From IMG/VR virus record IMGVR_UViG_3300028841_000327: a stretch of 64,000 nucleotides of DNA. The stretch is one strand, 5' to 3'. Below the pieces are notes generated by a model, which had not been told where the DNA came from, searched no databases, and saw only the letters and a list, made by a program, of their open reading frames with translations. The stretch is from a virus. The position numbers and the translations under genes were made by a program. Positions 34,268-44,547 of this stretch are shown here, piece by piece (position 1 is the stretch's first letter; each line of letters begins with the position of its first letter).

Positions 34268-34941
34268 GCCAGGAAGTCTCCGATGTTCGGGATGAGGTCG
34301 CGACTCGAGCGATCGGCGGTGGGCTCGAACAGTTCCTTGCTCACGGGTCCGTACCGACCCGACACACTGTAAGCACTGGCGACGAGCTTGTAGAGGTCGG
34401 CGTCGCGGGTTGCACCAGCCCAAGCCGTCATGTCCTCTGGCGGTCGCACCGCGAGCGCGTAGGCGACTTCGGCGGCCGCAGCCGCTTCTTGGAGCTGACA
34501 CTCCACAGCCTTCTCGGCCATGGACCGAGCCAGACGTGCGGCAGCAAGGCGACAGAGCAGACCTTCCGGAGGCACGAAGAGAAGCTCCATCGGAGAAGTC
34601 ACCACCCCCAAGGGTGGGATCGAAAGACGCCGCTCGCCATGGACGCCGCCGATCAGGGTCTTGAGGAATCGAATCGCCGCAGACTGACGACCGATCATCC
34701 ACACGGATGGCGAGTCCTCCACGACGAACGCTGCGTCGGCGACAGGGACCGCGTACCCACCCCGCACCAACCGTTCCCGCGCCCCCTGCCGTAGCGCCCA
34801 CCGCTGACCGGAGCCCGCCTCGACGAGCTCGTCGGGCTGAGAACTGTCCCCGGCGATGTTGCCGACGATGAAGTCGCACTCGAGGAACGGCGCTCGCCGC
34901 TGCGCCTCGGAGCACATCACCGCCAGGTGATACTGCAACAT
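34264..34941 (-). CDS. Hypothetical protein
   Basis: ORF after a minus-strand promoter (TCGACA-18-TATACT, 34949-34978). Confidence 0.45.
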   Translation of the reverse strand: MLQYHLAVMCSEAQRRAPFLECDFIVGNIAGDSSQPDELVEAGSGQRWALRQGARERLVRGGYAVPVADAAFVVEDSPSVWMIGRQSAAIRFLKTLIGGVHGERRLSIPPLGVVTSPMELLFVPPEGLLCRLAAARLARSMAEKAVECQLQEAAAAAEVAYALAVRPPEDMTAWAGATRDADLYKLVASAYSVSGRYGPVSKELFEPTADRSSRDLIPNIGDFLA

Positions 34942-34996
34942 GAGCCGCAGTATAGCCCATGACTGGGCCATGTGTCGAAGGTGGGTTGAACCGGTC

Positions 34997-35476
34997 CTAC
35001 CGGGCGGGGGTGGGAATGGTCTGGGCGTGGCGGCCGTAGCCCTCGTCGCCCACGTCCCTGACCAAGTTGATGACCCGTTCCCCCAAGCTGGAGACCGTGA
35101 ACGGAGGCACGTGGAGGATCGGGGTGGTCCGGGGAGGAGCCCCGTGCTCGCAGAGGAACTCCCCGAACACGAAGAGCGTCCAGGCGAGCTGCCCGCTCAG
35201 TCTGGTGGCCCACTCCCTCGAGCGCTTGCGCGCGTCCCGCCGCACCCAGATCCGGACCTCGTACTTGTGGGGCTCGTGCTGGACGCACGCCTTGCCCATC
35301 TCCCTGTCCCAGCACTCCGGGTGGAGGTTGCAGAGGGGGGCCTCGAACAGGCAGATCCGCTGGGCGAACTGTTCCTTCCGGAGCCAGTAGGCGCCGTTCT
35401 TGGTCTCCTCATGGGTGGCCAGGCGAAAGGCCTCAGGGCTCTCGATGACCCACTCCCGGCGGACGACGATGCGCAT
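34997..35476 (-). CDS. Hypothetical protein
   Basis: Coupled ORF. Confidence 0.5.
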   Translation of the reverse strand: MRIVVRREWVIESPEAFRLATHEETKNGAYWLRKEQFAQRICLFEAPLCNLHPECWDREMGKACVQHEPHKYEVRIWVRRDARKRSREWATRLSGQLAWTLFVFGEFLCEHGAPPRTTPILHVPPFTVSSLGERVINLVRDVGDEGYGRHAQTIPTPAR

Positions 35477-35928
35477 CAGCCGCCCTTGGCCTGGTCCCGG
35501 AGGAAGCTGGCGTTGATGAGGGGCATGTTGTCGTAGGCGAACGCCAAGGCGTCGAAGATGCGGGCCGGGCCGAGCTGCGGGTAGCGCCGGAGCATGGTCT
35601 CCGTCGCAGTCCCTTGGCGGTGCCACGCCCAGAGCCGATGGACCGGGATGATGGTGTCCTTGATGACCGGGACCCCGTCGGCATTCAGGGTGACGTGGGG
35701 GTGCGGCACAAGGACTTCCGGCATCGGCGGCGCCGCCACGGGAGCGGCCGGGGGACCACCGATGGTCTGGAGTTCCCATTCCCCCTGCCCCTCGTCGGGC
35801 GCATCCCCGAGAACACGTCCGCAGACGCCGCAGATGTACTCGCGCTTGCCCTTTGCCACGTTGCGAGCGTTGGTGGGGCGCTGGGCTGGATGGTTGGGGC
35901 AGGTCGGACGTTCGGGGAGGGTCAGCAT
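35476..35928 (-). CDS. Zn-ribbon plus DUF433 domain protein
   Basis: CPNH..CGVCG; GVPVIKDT.IPV..L....G...E.....YPQL....I..AL. Confidence 0.7.
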   Translation of the reverse strand: MLTLPERPTCPNHPAQRPTNARNVAKGKREYICGVCGRVLGDAPDEGQGEWELQTIGGPPAAPVAAPPMPEVLVPHPHVTLNADGVPVIKDTIIPVHRLWAWHRQGTATETMLRRYPQLGPARIFDALAFAYDNMPLINASFLRDQAKGG

Positions 35929-35936
35929 GGTCGGCC

Positions 35937-37454
35937 TCAGTCGTCGTAGTTGTCAGGGAGGGTCTCGCCCTTGGCGGGGTTGTCGAAGCGGACGTAGTCG
36001 TCGAAGAACTTGAGCCTCACCCTACCAGTGGGCCCGTTGCGCTGCTTCGCGACGTTGACCTCGGCGAGGCCGCGGACCTTCAGCGACTCGGGGGAGTGCT
36101 TGTCCTGGATGTAGTAGTCGGGGCGGTAGATGAACTGGACCATGTCGGCGTCCTGTTCGATGGCCCCGCTCTCGCGAAGGTCCGCCAGTTGGGGCCGCTT
36201 GTCCTTGCCTCGAGTCTCGACCGAACGGTTCAGCTGGGAGAGCGCGACGACGGGGACCCGGAGTTCCTTGGCCAGGTTCTTGAGCCCGCGGGAGATTTCC
36301 GCGATCTCCTGCTCCCGGTTGCCCGCGCGGCTCCCGGCGCTGATCCCCATGAGCTGGATGTAGTCGATGACGATGAGGCCGATCCGCTGGGTGAACCGAC
36401 CCTCCTTCGCGGGGTCCGGGCGGTTGTACTCGGCCTGGATCCGTCGGACCCGTGAGCGGATGTCGAGCACGGAGAGGCTGGTCGTGTCGTCGAACCAGAT
36501 CGGCAGCTGGGAGACGCGGTTGGCGCTCTCGACGAGGCGATCCCACGAATCGCCCTGCACCATGCCCGCACGAAAGGAGCTGAGGTTGACCCGCGCCTCG
36601 CTGCACATGACGCGGTCGGAGAGCTGGTGGGTGGGCATCTCGAGGGAGAACACCACGCAGCCGAAGGTCTCTTGGTCCGGGTCGGGCGTCACCTCCCCGT
36701 CGGGATCCTGGATCATCTTCGGGGACACCACGTTGAGCGCCATGTTCATGACGTACGCGGTCTTTCCCATGCCGGGTCGTGCGGCGACGATGATCAACTC
36801 GCCGTCGTGCATGCCGCTGGTGAGCGTGTCCAGCTCGTAGAAGCCGGTGGGCACGCCGGTGACCCGTCGTCCTCGAGCGGCGGCCTCCTCGTAGCGCTGG
36901 AACGACGTCTTGATGGCGTCGTAGGCGAGGATGGGCGAGTTGCGGTCCTTGGTGTGCGCGAGCTTGTAGATGCGCTGCTCGGCGGCGTCGATGAACTCCT
37001 GGGCGTTGCCGTAGTCGCCGTAGCCCTCGGCCGCGACCATCTGGCACGTCTCGATCAGCTGCCGGATGCGGTACGTGTCGAGGATGATCTTGGCGTGCGC
37101 GGCGACGTGGGCGACCGCGGGTGTGGCGTCCACGAGGCGCGCCATGTAGGCGAGGCCGCCGATGGCCTGGAGCTTGTCGGTGCGGCGCAGGACCTCGGCG
37201 ACGGTCTGGATGTCGACGGGGGCGCCCTCGCGATGGAGCTCCAAGGCGACGTCGTAGATCCGGCGGTGGGCGTCGATGTAGAACGGGTCGCTGTTCGGCA
37301 GGACCTCGGCGACGAGGTCGAACGCCTTGGCCTCGGTGAGGATCGCGGACATGACCGCGGCCTCGGCGTCGTTGTTGTGGGGTGGGACGCGCCCGGCGAT
37401 GTCGACAGCTTGGACGCGGGGCTTGAAACGGTTGGGATCGCGAGGCTCGGCCAT
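35937..37454 (-). CDS. dnaB: Replicative DNA helicase DnaB
   Basis: PPHN..AE.AV, TGVPTGF..LD, LIIVAARPGMGKT, IVIDYIQL, ALSQLNR, LRESGAIEQDAD, KQRNGPTG. Confidence 0.97.
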   Translation of the reverse strand: MAEPRDPNRFKPRVQAVDIAGRVPPHNNDAEAAVMSAILTEAKAFDLVAEVLPNSDPFYIDAHRRIYDVALELHREGAPVDIQTVAEVLRRTDKLQAIGGLAYMARLVDATPAVAHVAAHAKIILDTYRIRQLIETCQMVAAEGYGDYGNAQEFIDAAEQRIYKLAHTKDRNSPILAYDAIKTSFQRYEEAAARGRRVTGVPTGFYELDTLTSGMHDGELIIVAARPGMGKTAYVMNMALNVVSPKMIQDPDGEVTPDPDQETFGCVVFSLEMPTHQLSDRVMCSEARVNLSSFRAGMVQGDSWDRLVESANRVSQLPIWFDDTTSLSVLDIRSRVRRIQAEYNRPDPAKEGRFTQRIGLIVIDYIQLMGISAGSRAGNREQEIAEISRGLKNLAKELRVPVVALSQLNRSVETRGKDKRPQLADLRESGAIEQDADMVQFIYRPDYYIQDKHSPESLKVRGLAEVNVAKQRNGPTGRVRLKFFDDYVRFDNPAKGETLPDNYDD

Positions 37455-37882
37455 CAGTTGTTGTTGTTGGAGGGCGAGAACGACTTGTGGACGACGTCGA
37501 GTTGGCGGAGCACCGTGCGGACAGCCTCCTGGGTGCGGTGCAGTTCCTTGGGGTACCAGGCGTAGGTGAACAGGTCGTTCGGCCGGTAGACGGGGTTGAT
37601 CAGCGCGTCCTCCGGGGCCTTCACGGCCTCGGCGAACTGCCGGATGATGTCGAGGTCCTCTGGGAGCGCCGGGCGTTGTGGCGGCCACACGCGGGCGACG
37701 AAGAGGGCGAGGCCGGTGGTCTCCATCGACAGGCCGATGCGGATGCCGAAGGCGTGGTTGAACACGGGGACGACGGGCTCGCGCTTGCCCTCGGGCAGCT
37801 CGAGCTGCTGGACGAGTCGCTTGAGCACCTCGGCGATCATCTCGTCAGCGATCTGGACGATGGACTTCGCGTTGCTGGGCAT
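37454..37882 (-). CDS. Hypothetical protein
   Basis: Coupled ORF. Confidence 0.5.
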   Translation of the reverse strand: MPSNAKSIVQIADEMIAEVLKRLVQQLELPEGKREPVVPVFNHAFGIRIGLSMETTGLALFVARVWPPQRPALPEDLDIIRQFAEAVKAPEDALINPVYRPNDLFTYAWYPKELHRTQEAVRTVLRQLDVVHKSFSPSNNNN

Positions 37883-38220
37883 CACCCCTCCTTCTTCGGC
37901 ACGTTCTTGCCCCGCAAGAGCGACCGCCATGCGCGCCGGGCTCGAGCCCAGAGCGTGAGTTGCTCGACCTGAGATGTGGTGGTGACGAGACTGTCGCCTC
38001 GGTAGGGGTGCGCGCCCTCCACGGCGACAACGATGGGGGTCGCCTCCGGGCTGGGCGGCACAAACGGGGGTAACAGCGGGAGTGAGGGTCTTGAGCGAGA
38101 GGCGATGAGGTGGGCCGCGGTCGCGTCGGACATCGAGCTACGCTGTGCGTAGGTGCTGCATGAGCACGACCGCCCACACTCTTGGCATCGGTGCAACGTC
38201 CGCAGGTCGACGTAGCTCAT
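37882..38220 (-). CDS. Hypothetical protein
   Basis: Coupled ORF. Confidence 0.4.
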   Translation of the reverse strand: MSYVDLRTLHRCQECGRSCSCSTYAQRSSMSDATAAHLIASRSRPSLPLLPPFVPPSPEATPIVVAVEGAHPYRGDSLVTTTSQVEQLTLWARARRAWRSLLRGKNVPKKEG

Positions 38221-39107
38221 CGGGTCCAACTGATGGTGATCGGGGAGAAGCCTTCGGCGTCGCGCTTGCGGCGCGCGGCGTTGCCGGAGGTGCCACGGAT
38301 CTCGATCTCGACCTTCTTGTCGCCCTTCTTCCCCTTCGTCTTGCGGGTGAGCTTGAAGACCTTGGCGTTGCACTCAAGGTAGGCGTTGGCGCCGGTCTCG
38401 CCGAGCACGAGGTTGGGGCGAGCGAGTTCCATGGCCTCGTCGGGGGTGGTCATGTAGTCGCCGGTGACGGTGTGGAAGTTCTCGGGCCTGTCCAGCTCCT
38501 CGACGCGGATCTGTCGGCTCGCGTCGAAGGGGCGCGGGAGCACGGACTTCTCGACGTAGAGGGGGTGCTTGGGGCTGCCGTCGTCGTTGAGCCCGAGGGT
38601 CAGGACGGGGGCGGCCCCTTCGCCGACCAGCCGCAGGACCGCCCGGACGCGAGCCCGGAACACTTCCTCCTGCTGGAAGGTGCGCCCCCAGGCGACGACG
38701 ACCCGGTTGCTCTTGGCGACGACGTCTTGGATGTAGCGGTCGTTCTTGGGGCCGACACTGTTGGCCAGGCCCAGCTCGAGGAGCTTGTCGGGGTCGGTGC
38801 TGCGGTAGGCGAAGAGGTTGATCACGGTGACGTCGCTGAACCCCCAGTCGCGGGCGTACTGGACGACCCGTCGGACGGTGGGGTCGTTGACGTTCTGGTC
38901 GGCCGTGGAGGGGTTGAGCATCAGGAAGGTGCAGCGGCCGCCCTTGAGCTCGGAGGCGAACAGGCTCTGCTGGGTGTTCAGGGGGATGTCGAGCCGGTAG
39001 CGGAACCGGCCGCAGGCCGAGAAGACGGCCGAGCGCCCGCCGTCCCCCTTCGCAGTCTTGTCGGGCAGCAGGTTGGCGATGGGAGGTTGGGGCTGCGTCT
39101 GCATCAC
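38217..39107 (-). CDS. DUF1643 domain protein
   Basis: FRYRL..FLMLNPSTAD...DPTVRR..INLFAYRSTDP..VAWG..PKHPLY. Confidence 0.85.
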   Translation of the reverse strand: MMQTQPQPPIANLLPDKTAKGDGGRSAVFSACGRFRYRLDIPLNTQQSLFASELKGGRCTFLMLNPSTADQNVNDPTVRRVVQYARDWGFSDVTVINLFAYRSTDPDKLLELGLANSVGPKNDRYIQDVVAKSNRVVVAWGRTFQQEEVFRARVRAVLRLVGEGAAPVLTLGLNDDGSPKHPLYVEKSVLPRPFDASRQIRVEELDRPENFHTVTGDYMTTPDEAMELARPNLVLGETGANAYLECNAKVFKLTRKTKGKKGDKKVEIEIRGTSGNAARRKRDAEGFSPITISWTR

Positions 39108-39973
39108 GAAGGCTCCTGGATGGCGAGAAGGTCGAGGACGTCTTGGAGGGTGAAGTTGAGCCGCTGGGCTGTCAGGAGCAGGTCCCGGACGCCATCAGGA
39201 AGGGTACTGCGGGCGGTGGCGGTGAGGGTCGCGAGCTTGATGACGTCGCTCTTGTCGAGCTGAGGAGCAGGCATGGGGACCTCGGGTTCGGGGGTGTCGA
39301 GCGAAGAAGAGGGGCGTGCGATGGTCAGCGAAGCGGTGACCCACTCGTTGCCCTCGAGCCCATCGTCGGTCGCGACAGGCCAGGCAGGGAGGGGTGCGAA
39401 CTTGAGCGCGGGGAACAGTTCCAAGAGGAGCGCGTGCTCCTCACGGGTCGGCGAGGAGCTGTCCGACTCCCACGACGCGCAGTGGCGTACAGCAGCGACA
39501 GGCTCGTGCGCGAGACTCATCAGCTCGGCCAGGGTGTCGTAGTCGAGGTTGTTCGACTCGCGAGCGGCGCGCAGGCAATCGCCGAAGGAGACGATGCCCT
39601 TGGGAAGAATGGCCGCTGCATCCTCCGCCAAGAAGGGGGGTTCCTCTCGGTCTCGGCGGGGCGCGTCCAGGTTCCGGATGATGGGAAGCGACCGGATCCG
39701 TTCCCAAGGCCACGCGGAGGCCTTGTGGTCGACGAGGATGCACGGACGCTGGGTGTCGTCGCAGCGCTGACGGACGGCGTTGATGGCGGTGTGGCCACCG
39801 ACCGTGGCGACGACAATCACGCCATCGAACCGGAGGAGGTCGCTGCGTTCTGCCTCACGGAACGTCAGGTGTTCACTCGAGACGTGGTTGTGAGCGAGCC
39901 GCTGCCGCAGGTTCTCGTGTTGCAACGCTCGGAGCATGGCAACCAGCGCTACGTGTGGGGTGTACGGTTTCAT
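39104..39973 (-). CDS. Hypothetical protein with XRE-like HTH
   Basis: GDCLRAARE...LAELM...SWE....P. Confidence 0.5.
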   Translation of the reverse strand: MKPYTPHVALVAMLRALQHENLRQRLAHNHVSSEHLTFREAERSDLLRFDGVIVVATVGGHTAINAVRQRCDDTQRPCILVDHKASAWPWERIRSLPIIRNLDAPRRDREEPPFLAEDAAAILPKGIVSFGDCLRAARESNNLDYDTLAELMSLAHEPVAAVRHCASWESDSSSPTREEHALLLELFPALKFAPLPAWPVATDDGLEGNEWVTASLTIARPSSSLDTPEPEVPMPAPQLDKSDVIKLATLTATARSTLPDGVRDLLLTAQRLNFTLQDVLDLLAIQEPS

Positions 39974-40554
39974 CCACCATCCCCTGACTTCGCCAGCAGG
40001 CGTCGCTTGAACAACAGCGCGCGCCCTGGCCCCCACGGGTCGAGCGGACAGACAGCCTCCCAGCCGTCCTTCCCGTACTCGTCCAAGGACTCGTGATCCA
40101 GGTGAGCGAGAAGAACGGTCAGGTACTCCCACTGCGGTGGGGCGGCGGGCGCGGGCGGCGGATACAGGCGGTCGCCCAGACGGAGAATCTCCTCAGGCGA
40201 AGACGGCTTTGATGCTCCCAGCCCCAAGACGAGCACCGTGGGAGAGGTCATCGGCGAGGCGTTGAGGCTTTGCTCGAGCACGTAGGGATCACACATCGAC
40301 AGCCGCGCCCACGGGACGTTCAGTTCGCAGGCCACGGCCTTCGCCATGTGGAGGCTCGGCGAGTTGGAGGTGAGGGCGAGGCCGATCGACTGCCCGGTCA
40401 GCCCCTTGGGCTTGCCGATGTGCTTGCCCAGGCAACGGCCGACCGCAGCGTTGCTGCCGTCTCGCTTCACCATCCAGCGAAGGGCGACCCGAACGATCTC
40501 CGCTTCGTGGGGCTCGAGATCCGTCTGCCAGCGACTGCGCTTCGGGTCAGCCAT
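39970..40554 (-). CDS. Hypothetical protein
   Basis: Coupled ORF. Confidence 0.45.
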   Translation of the reverse strand: MADPKRSRWQTDLEPHEAEIVRVALRWMVKRDGSNAAVGRCLGKHIGKPKGLTGQSIGLALTSNSPSLHMAKAVACELNVPWARLSMCDPYVLEQSLNASPMTSPTVLVLGLGASKPSSPEEILRLGDRLYPPPAPAAPPQWEYLTVLLAHLDHESLDEYGKDGWEAVCPLDPWGPGRALLFKRRLLAKSGDGG

Positions 40555-40759
40555 TGTCGTCGTCCGTCGTCATGGCGTCCTGCAACAGCGTCGCGATGGT
40601 GAAGGCCTGCTGCGGTGTGCGGCACAGCACGCGCGACATGATCGGGTTGTGGCCACCTTCCAAGTACGCGACGATCTTGACCTCGCGTCCGGACGCGACG
40701 GCGTTGTGGACGAGGTGTCCATGGCGGCTGCGGTCGTCGGGGTAGGTCTTGTCGGTCAT
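40547..40759 (-). CDS. Hypothetical protein
   Basis: Coupled ORF. Confidence 0.45.
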   Translation of the reverse strand: MTDKTYPDDRSRHGHLVHNAVASGREVKIVAYLEGGHNPIMSRVLCRTPQQAFTIATLLQDAMTTDDDNG

Positions 40760-41139
40760 TCGGAGCCTCCGGCGAGCAACGATGCGTCGAGGGCCTCGAG
40801 CGCTTCCTTTGCGGCGACATAGCCGCAGTCGCACTCGGGGTCGTGTCCGAACTTCGCTCGGAACCACCGAAGATGAACTTCGGTCACAGCCTCGTTCTCA
40901 CGAATCACGAGCGTCACTTCGCAGTCCTCGCCGTGTCCATCGTCGAGACGCCTCCGCAAGAGCGCCACGCAGTCCGCGACGAGCGCCGTGTTCGCGGGCG
41001 AGTGCAGGACGATGTGAGCGGCGTCTGCGGCACGGAAGGCGAGACGCCGGAGTCCCTCGAAGGGCCACCACGCGAGCAGGCCGTCGAGCGACGCCGCCTT
41101 CGCGAGTCGTCTCGCAACGACCTCCCATCGTTCAGCCAT
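40756..41139 (-). CDS. Hypothetical protein
   Basis: Coupled ORF. Confidence 0.45.
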   Translation of the reverse strand: MAERWEVVARRLAKAASLDGLLAWWPFEGLRRLAFRAADAAHIVLHSPANTALVADCVALLRRRLDDGHGEDCEVTLVIRENEAVTEVHLRWFRAKFGHDPECDCGYVAAKEALEALDASLLAGGSE

Positions 41140-42346
41140 GACGCACCTCCCACCCGACCCATCCGACATGCAGCCGAGGCGGGAACTCGCGCACCCGCAA
41201 CGCCTCGGGCCACTCCGAGGGGTCGGCGCCCTTCCTGTCGGCGAAGCGTGGCGCGCCGGTCTTGTCGACCTTCCCCGACTTCCACCAGTCCTGATCCTCG
41301 GGCATGTCCGGCACCCAGAGGGGCGACGACCCGAGTTGCTTGATGAACAGGGCGGGGCCGACCTCGCCACGCCGCTCGAGGCTCGCCTTGGCGTGCTTGC
41401 ACTGGTCGAGGATGGCGCGCGCCCATCGGAGGTCGAACCCGCGCGAGCCGGGGCCACTCTCGCCGCCCACGATGACCCAGTCGAGGCGCGGGCCTCCGCT
41501 GAGGCCGTGCTCGCCGTCGCGCCAGTAGGCGGTGCCGGTGAGGGCGTTGTAGAGGTCGGCGCCCTCGCGGTCCCACCACGCGCCGTCGTTCAGCATGGTG
41601 AGGTCGAGGGGGCCGAGGGCGGGTTCGTAGGAGATGTACCGCTGGGCGGCGGGGGTCTGGAGCAGGTCGAGGATGCGCTTGTTGCCCCACTCCTGGTTCT
41701 CGACGCTGACGCCCAGCATGAGGTTCGGGAGCGGGTGGAAGAGCCTGCTGTAGGAGAAGGGCACGTTCTTCTCGTCGGGGTTGGCCGCGAGGCCGCCGTC
41801 CTTCCATGCGCGCCCGGTGATGCCCGCGACGTACTCGGAGAAGCAGACGTCGCCATCGCCGACGATGACCTTTCCGTCGACGGCCTTGGCCCAGCGCTCG
41901 ACGAGGACGTGGGGCTCGACGCTCAGGTAGTCCCGCATCCAGCCCGCGCGCTTGGTGAGGACCTGGAAGGTGTGGGCGGGCACGTTGTCGAGGGTGGCGC
42001 ACGCGAGCATCACGCCGAAGACGGCGTCGATGTCGTCCAGCGAGAACTCCTCGTAGAAGAGGTCTCCCATGTTGGCGACGAAGATGCGGCTCGCCTTGCG
42101 CAGGCGCAGGGGCATCATCAGGTCGTCCCAGGCCATCCGGACCTCACCTGTCCAGCGCGGGACGCGCACGGTCTGCAAGCCCTTCCGCTCGGGGAGCCAG
42201 GCGAGGTCCTTGTACTTGGGATGGTGCTTGAGCCGCGTGGCGGAGAGCCGCGCCGCGTAGCAGTTCAGGCAGCCTGGCGACGCGACCCGGCAGCCGTTCG
42301 CGAGCGGCCAGCTGACGTCGGTCCACTCAATGGTTGTGGTGCCCAT
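41132..42346 (-). CDS. DUF5131 (phage Gp37/Gp68) family protein
   Basis: IEWTD..W...GC...SPGC.NCYA; IFVANMGDLF; FQVLTKR; GVSVENQ; SYEPALGP; WVIVGGESG; FIKQLG. Confidence 0.9.
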   Translation of the reverse strand: MGTTTIEWTDVSWPLANGCRVASPGCLNCYAARLSATRLKHHPKYKDLAWLPERKGLQTVRVPRWTGEVRMAWDDLMMPLRLRKASRIFVANMGDLFYEEFSLDDIDAVFGVMLACATLDNVPAHTFQVLTKRAGWMRDYLSVEPHVLVERWAKAVDGKVIVGDGDVCFSEYVAGITGRAWKDGGLAANPDEKNVPFSYSRLFHPLPNLMLGVSVENQEWGNKRILDLLQTPAAQRYISYEPALGPLDLTMLNDGAWWDREGADLYNALTGTAYWRDGEHGLSGGPRLDWVIVGGESGPGSRGFDLRWARAILDQCKHAKASLERRGEVGPALFIKQLGSSPLWVPDMPEDQDWWKSGKVDKTGAPRFADRKGADPSEWPEALRVREFPPRLHVGWVGWEVRHG

Positions 42347-42750
42347 CAGCCTTCCTCCGACCACGAAATCCGGAAGTGCCAACTGAAGTTGTCGCGGGGC
42401 ATGTCCCCCCACACCTTCTTGGCCTCGGGCAGCGCCATGACGTCGCTCCACGGAGCGTCCTGCGCGGGATCGAGCACCGGTCCGAAGGTGGGGGCCTCTT
42501 GGCCGAAGGTGAAGGTGAGCTGGGCCTGGACCTTGAATCCCGCCGCGGCCAAGCGACGCGCCAGAGCGGGCGACGTCATGAGAACGGCGAACCCCACGTC
42601 GGCGATGGTCGTGAAGTGCATCAGGTAGTCGTGAAGGACGCGATCCTCCTTGTTCATGATGTGCACGCGGCGCAGGACGTCGACCGCGTTGTCCATCGTG
42701 ATCGACAGTTGGGCCTGCTTGAGGCTGATGCGCTTGGGGTCACTGTCCAT
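42346..42750 (-). CDS. Hypothetical protein
   Basis: Coupled ORF. Confidence 0.5.
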   Translation of the reverse strand: MDSDPKRISLKQAQLSITMDNAVDVLRRVHIMNKEDRVLHDYLMHFTTIADVGFAVLMTSPALARRLAAAGFKVQAQLTFTFGQEAPTFGPVLDPAQDAPWSDVMALPEAKKVWGDMPRDNFSWHFRISWSEEG

Positions 42751-42976
42751 GAGGGTCTCCGAGGTCGGCGAGCAGGATGATGTGGATGGCGGCGAGGACA
42801 AGGTGCTCCGCGACCGCGCGGGACGGGTGCAGGCAGATCAGGTGGCCTCGGTCGTCGACGTAGACGCCGGGCAGGTGCAGGCGGGCGAACCGTTCCCGGG
42901 CCTTGGTGGGGTCCGAGAGCTGCCGGGAGCAGTGGCCCCCATCGCTGACCTCACCATCGTTGTAGACGAGGGTCAT
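42740..42976 (-). CDS. Hypothetical protein
   Basis: Coupled ORF. Confidence 0.4.
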   Translation of the reverse strand: MTLVYNDGEVSDGGHCSRQLSDPTKARERFARLHLPGVYVDDRGHLICLHPSRAVAEHLVLAAIHIILLADLGDPHGQ

Positions 42977-43311
42977 GCTGCGGTGGAGGAAGAGCGCCGG
43001 AAGCCGCCGATGAAGGCGCTCGACGCGGTTTCCTTGGCGAGGCTGTCGACGAGGCTCGCGATGCGGGTGGGATCCTCCCCGAGCGCGAAGTAGATGACGA
43101 CGCCCCGGCGGTAGCGGGGGGTCCACTTCACGAGCTGGCGGGCGACCATGTTCTCGCGCGCCATGCGGGTGAGGTCGTGGTGCATGACGTTGGGGTCCGT
43201 CCGGAGCTTGCGGGCCAGCTCGGGCACGACGGTGGGCCCGTTGGCGGCCAGGTAGGCCTTGATGGTCTCGTAGCGGGCAAGCCGCTGGGCGTCGCGTTCG
43301 GCCTTGGTCAT
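42973..43311 (-). CDS. Winged-helix DNA-binding protein
   Basis: I..YL..NGPT.V.ELA..L......HHDL..M. Confidence 0.55.
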   Translation of the reverse strand: MTKAERDAQRLARYETIKAYLAANGPTVVPELARKLRTDPNVMHHDLTRMARENMVARQLVKWTPRYRRGVVIYFALGEDPTRIASLVDSLAKETASSAFIGGFRRSSSTAA

Positions 43312-44234
43312 GTCAGCAGCATCTCCTTGATGTCGTCCATGTACTCGTCCATCGACTGGTCGAAGTCCGGAACGCCCGGCAGCTCGAGGCGCCCCGGCAG
43401 TTCGTCGTTGGGGTCGTCGGCGGCCTCGATGGCCCAGCGGCGACCCGCGATGTTGTGGACCGCGTCGAGGAACACCTCCTTGGCTCGATCGAACGACCAA
43501 GCGCGGCTGCGGCCATAGTAGTGGGCACGCCTGGCGCATTCGATGAAGGAGGCCGCGAAGTCGGGCAGGGTGACGTTCTCCTCCGGCGAGAGGTCGTCGC
43601 CGCGGGGAGGGTTGGGGCAGTAGAGCTCGCGCTCGATGGAGAGGGCGATGCGGTCGGCGAACTTGAGCGTCATGCGCTCCTCGTCGTTCAGCGGGCGCAG
43701 CTTCCGCTTGTCGACGATGCAGGCGAAGAAGTTGTTCTCGATGATCTTGAAGAAGGGGAAGAGCTGCTTGAGCGGGCTGATCTTGTCGCCGAGCCACGCT
43801 TCCGGGGAGTCGTGGAGGACGGCATGCTCGAGGAGCGAGAGGTGTTCCGGCTCGTTCCAGTAGAGGGTGCGCGCCACAGAGTCGGCTTTCGCCTCGTGCG
43901 CCTTGCAGCGCTTGCATTCGTAGAGCTGGAAGACGAGCCACAGCACGAGCACGGAGTGCTGCGCGACGGTGTAGAGGATGGTGTTCTCGCGCTGGCGATA
44001 GCGCTCGGTGTCCAAGCCGACGTGGCCGCCGAACCGCGCGATGGCGGCGAGCCCGTGCGCCATGTCCGACAGCATCAATTCGTCGGGCTGCGGGTCGAGC
44101 AGGTGCACCTGCGTCCCTGACAAGGCGGTGAACCAGGGGCCGCGCGGCGGGCCCATCCAGCGGCCGGGATAGAAGTCGGAGAGCTTGAAGTCTTCGGCGG
44201 CGGCGTTCAGCCTACCGACCAGGTTCTGGTGCAT
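43308..44234 (-). CDS. HD-domain phosphohydrolase (YfbR/5'-deoxynucleotidase-like)
   Basis: DMAHGLA...RFGGH...YTVAQHSVLV...LHDSPEAWLGD..SPLK. Confidence 0.85.
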   Translation of the reverse strand: MHQNLVGRLNAAAEDFKLSDFYPGRWMGPPRGPWFTALSGTQVHLLDPQPDELMLSDMAHGLAAIARFGGHVGLDTERYRQRENTILYTVAQHSVLVLWLVFQLYECKRCKAHEAKADSVARTLYWNEPEHLSLLEHAVLHDSPEAWLGDKISPLKQLFPFFKIIENNFFACIVDKRKLRPLNDEERMTLKFADRIALSIERELYCPNPPRGDDLSPEENVTLPDFAASFIECARRAHYYGRSRAWSFDRAKEVFLDAVHNIAGRRWAIEAADDPNDELPGRLELPGVPDFDQSMDEYMDDIKEMLLT

Positions 44235-44255
44235 CCGCGGGTAACCTCCGGGGCT

Positions 44256-44307
44256 CATTATGGTCCGAACATGGGTCGTTGACAACCATAAACGGTCCAG
44301 GCAGAAT
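44256..44307. promoter_or_regulatory. Back-to-back divergent sigma70 promoters with overlapping -35 boxes
   Basis: Minus strand TTGTCA-17-CATAAT; plus strand TTGACA-17-CAGAAT. Confidence 0.7.
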
Positions 44308-44316
44308 GCCAGCACG

Positions 44317-44547
44317 ATGAAGCCAGGCCTCCGCCGCCCCAAGCGCTACCTCGTCAGCATCTTCGACGAGGTCACCCGACAGACCCGGTACCTGCCCGAA
44401 ACGGGGCGTGACGCTACCACTCTGCCCGAGCGCGCGCGGCAGTTCAAGTCGACCCACGAAGCCAGCACGGTGCTCGACAAGATGAACGACACCTGGAAGC
44501 GCGGCGCGAAGTCGGTCCCTCTTCCTCCAGGCGTGCCGGTCCGATGA
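44317..44547 (+). CDS. Hypothetical protein
   Basis: ORF after the promoter. Confidence 0.5.
   Translation: MKPGLRRPKRYLVSIFDEVTRQTRYLPETGRDATTLPERARQFKSTHEASTVLDKMNDTWKRGAKSVPLPPGVPVR

Noticed and set aside
35937-37454. Intein in DnaB
   Set aside because: Length (~505 aa) and motif continuity fit an uninterrupted helicase with small insertions only.
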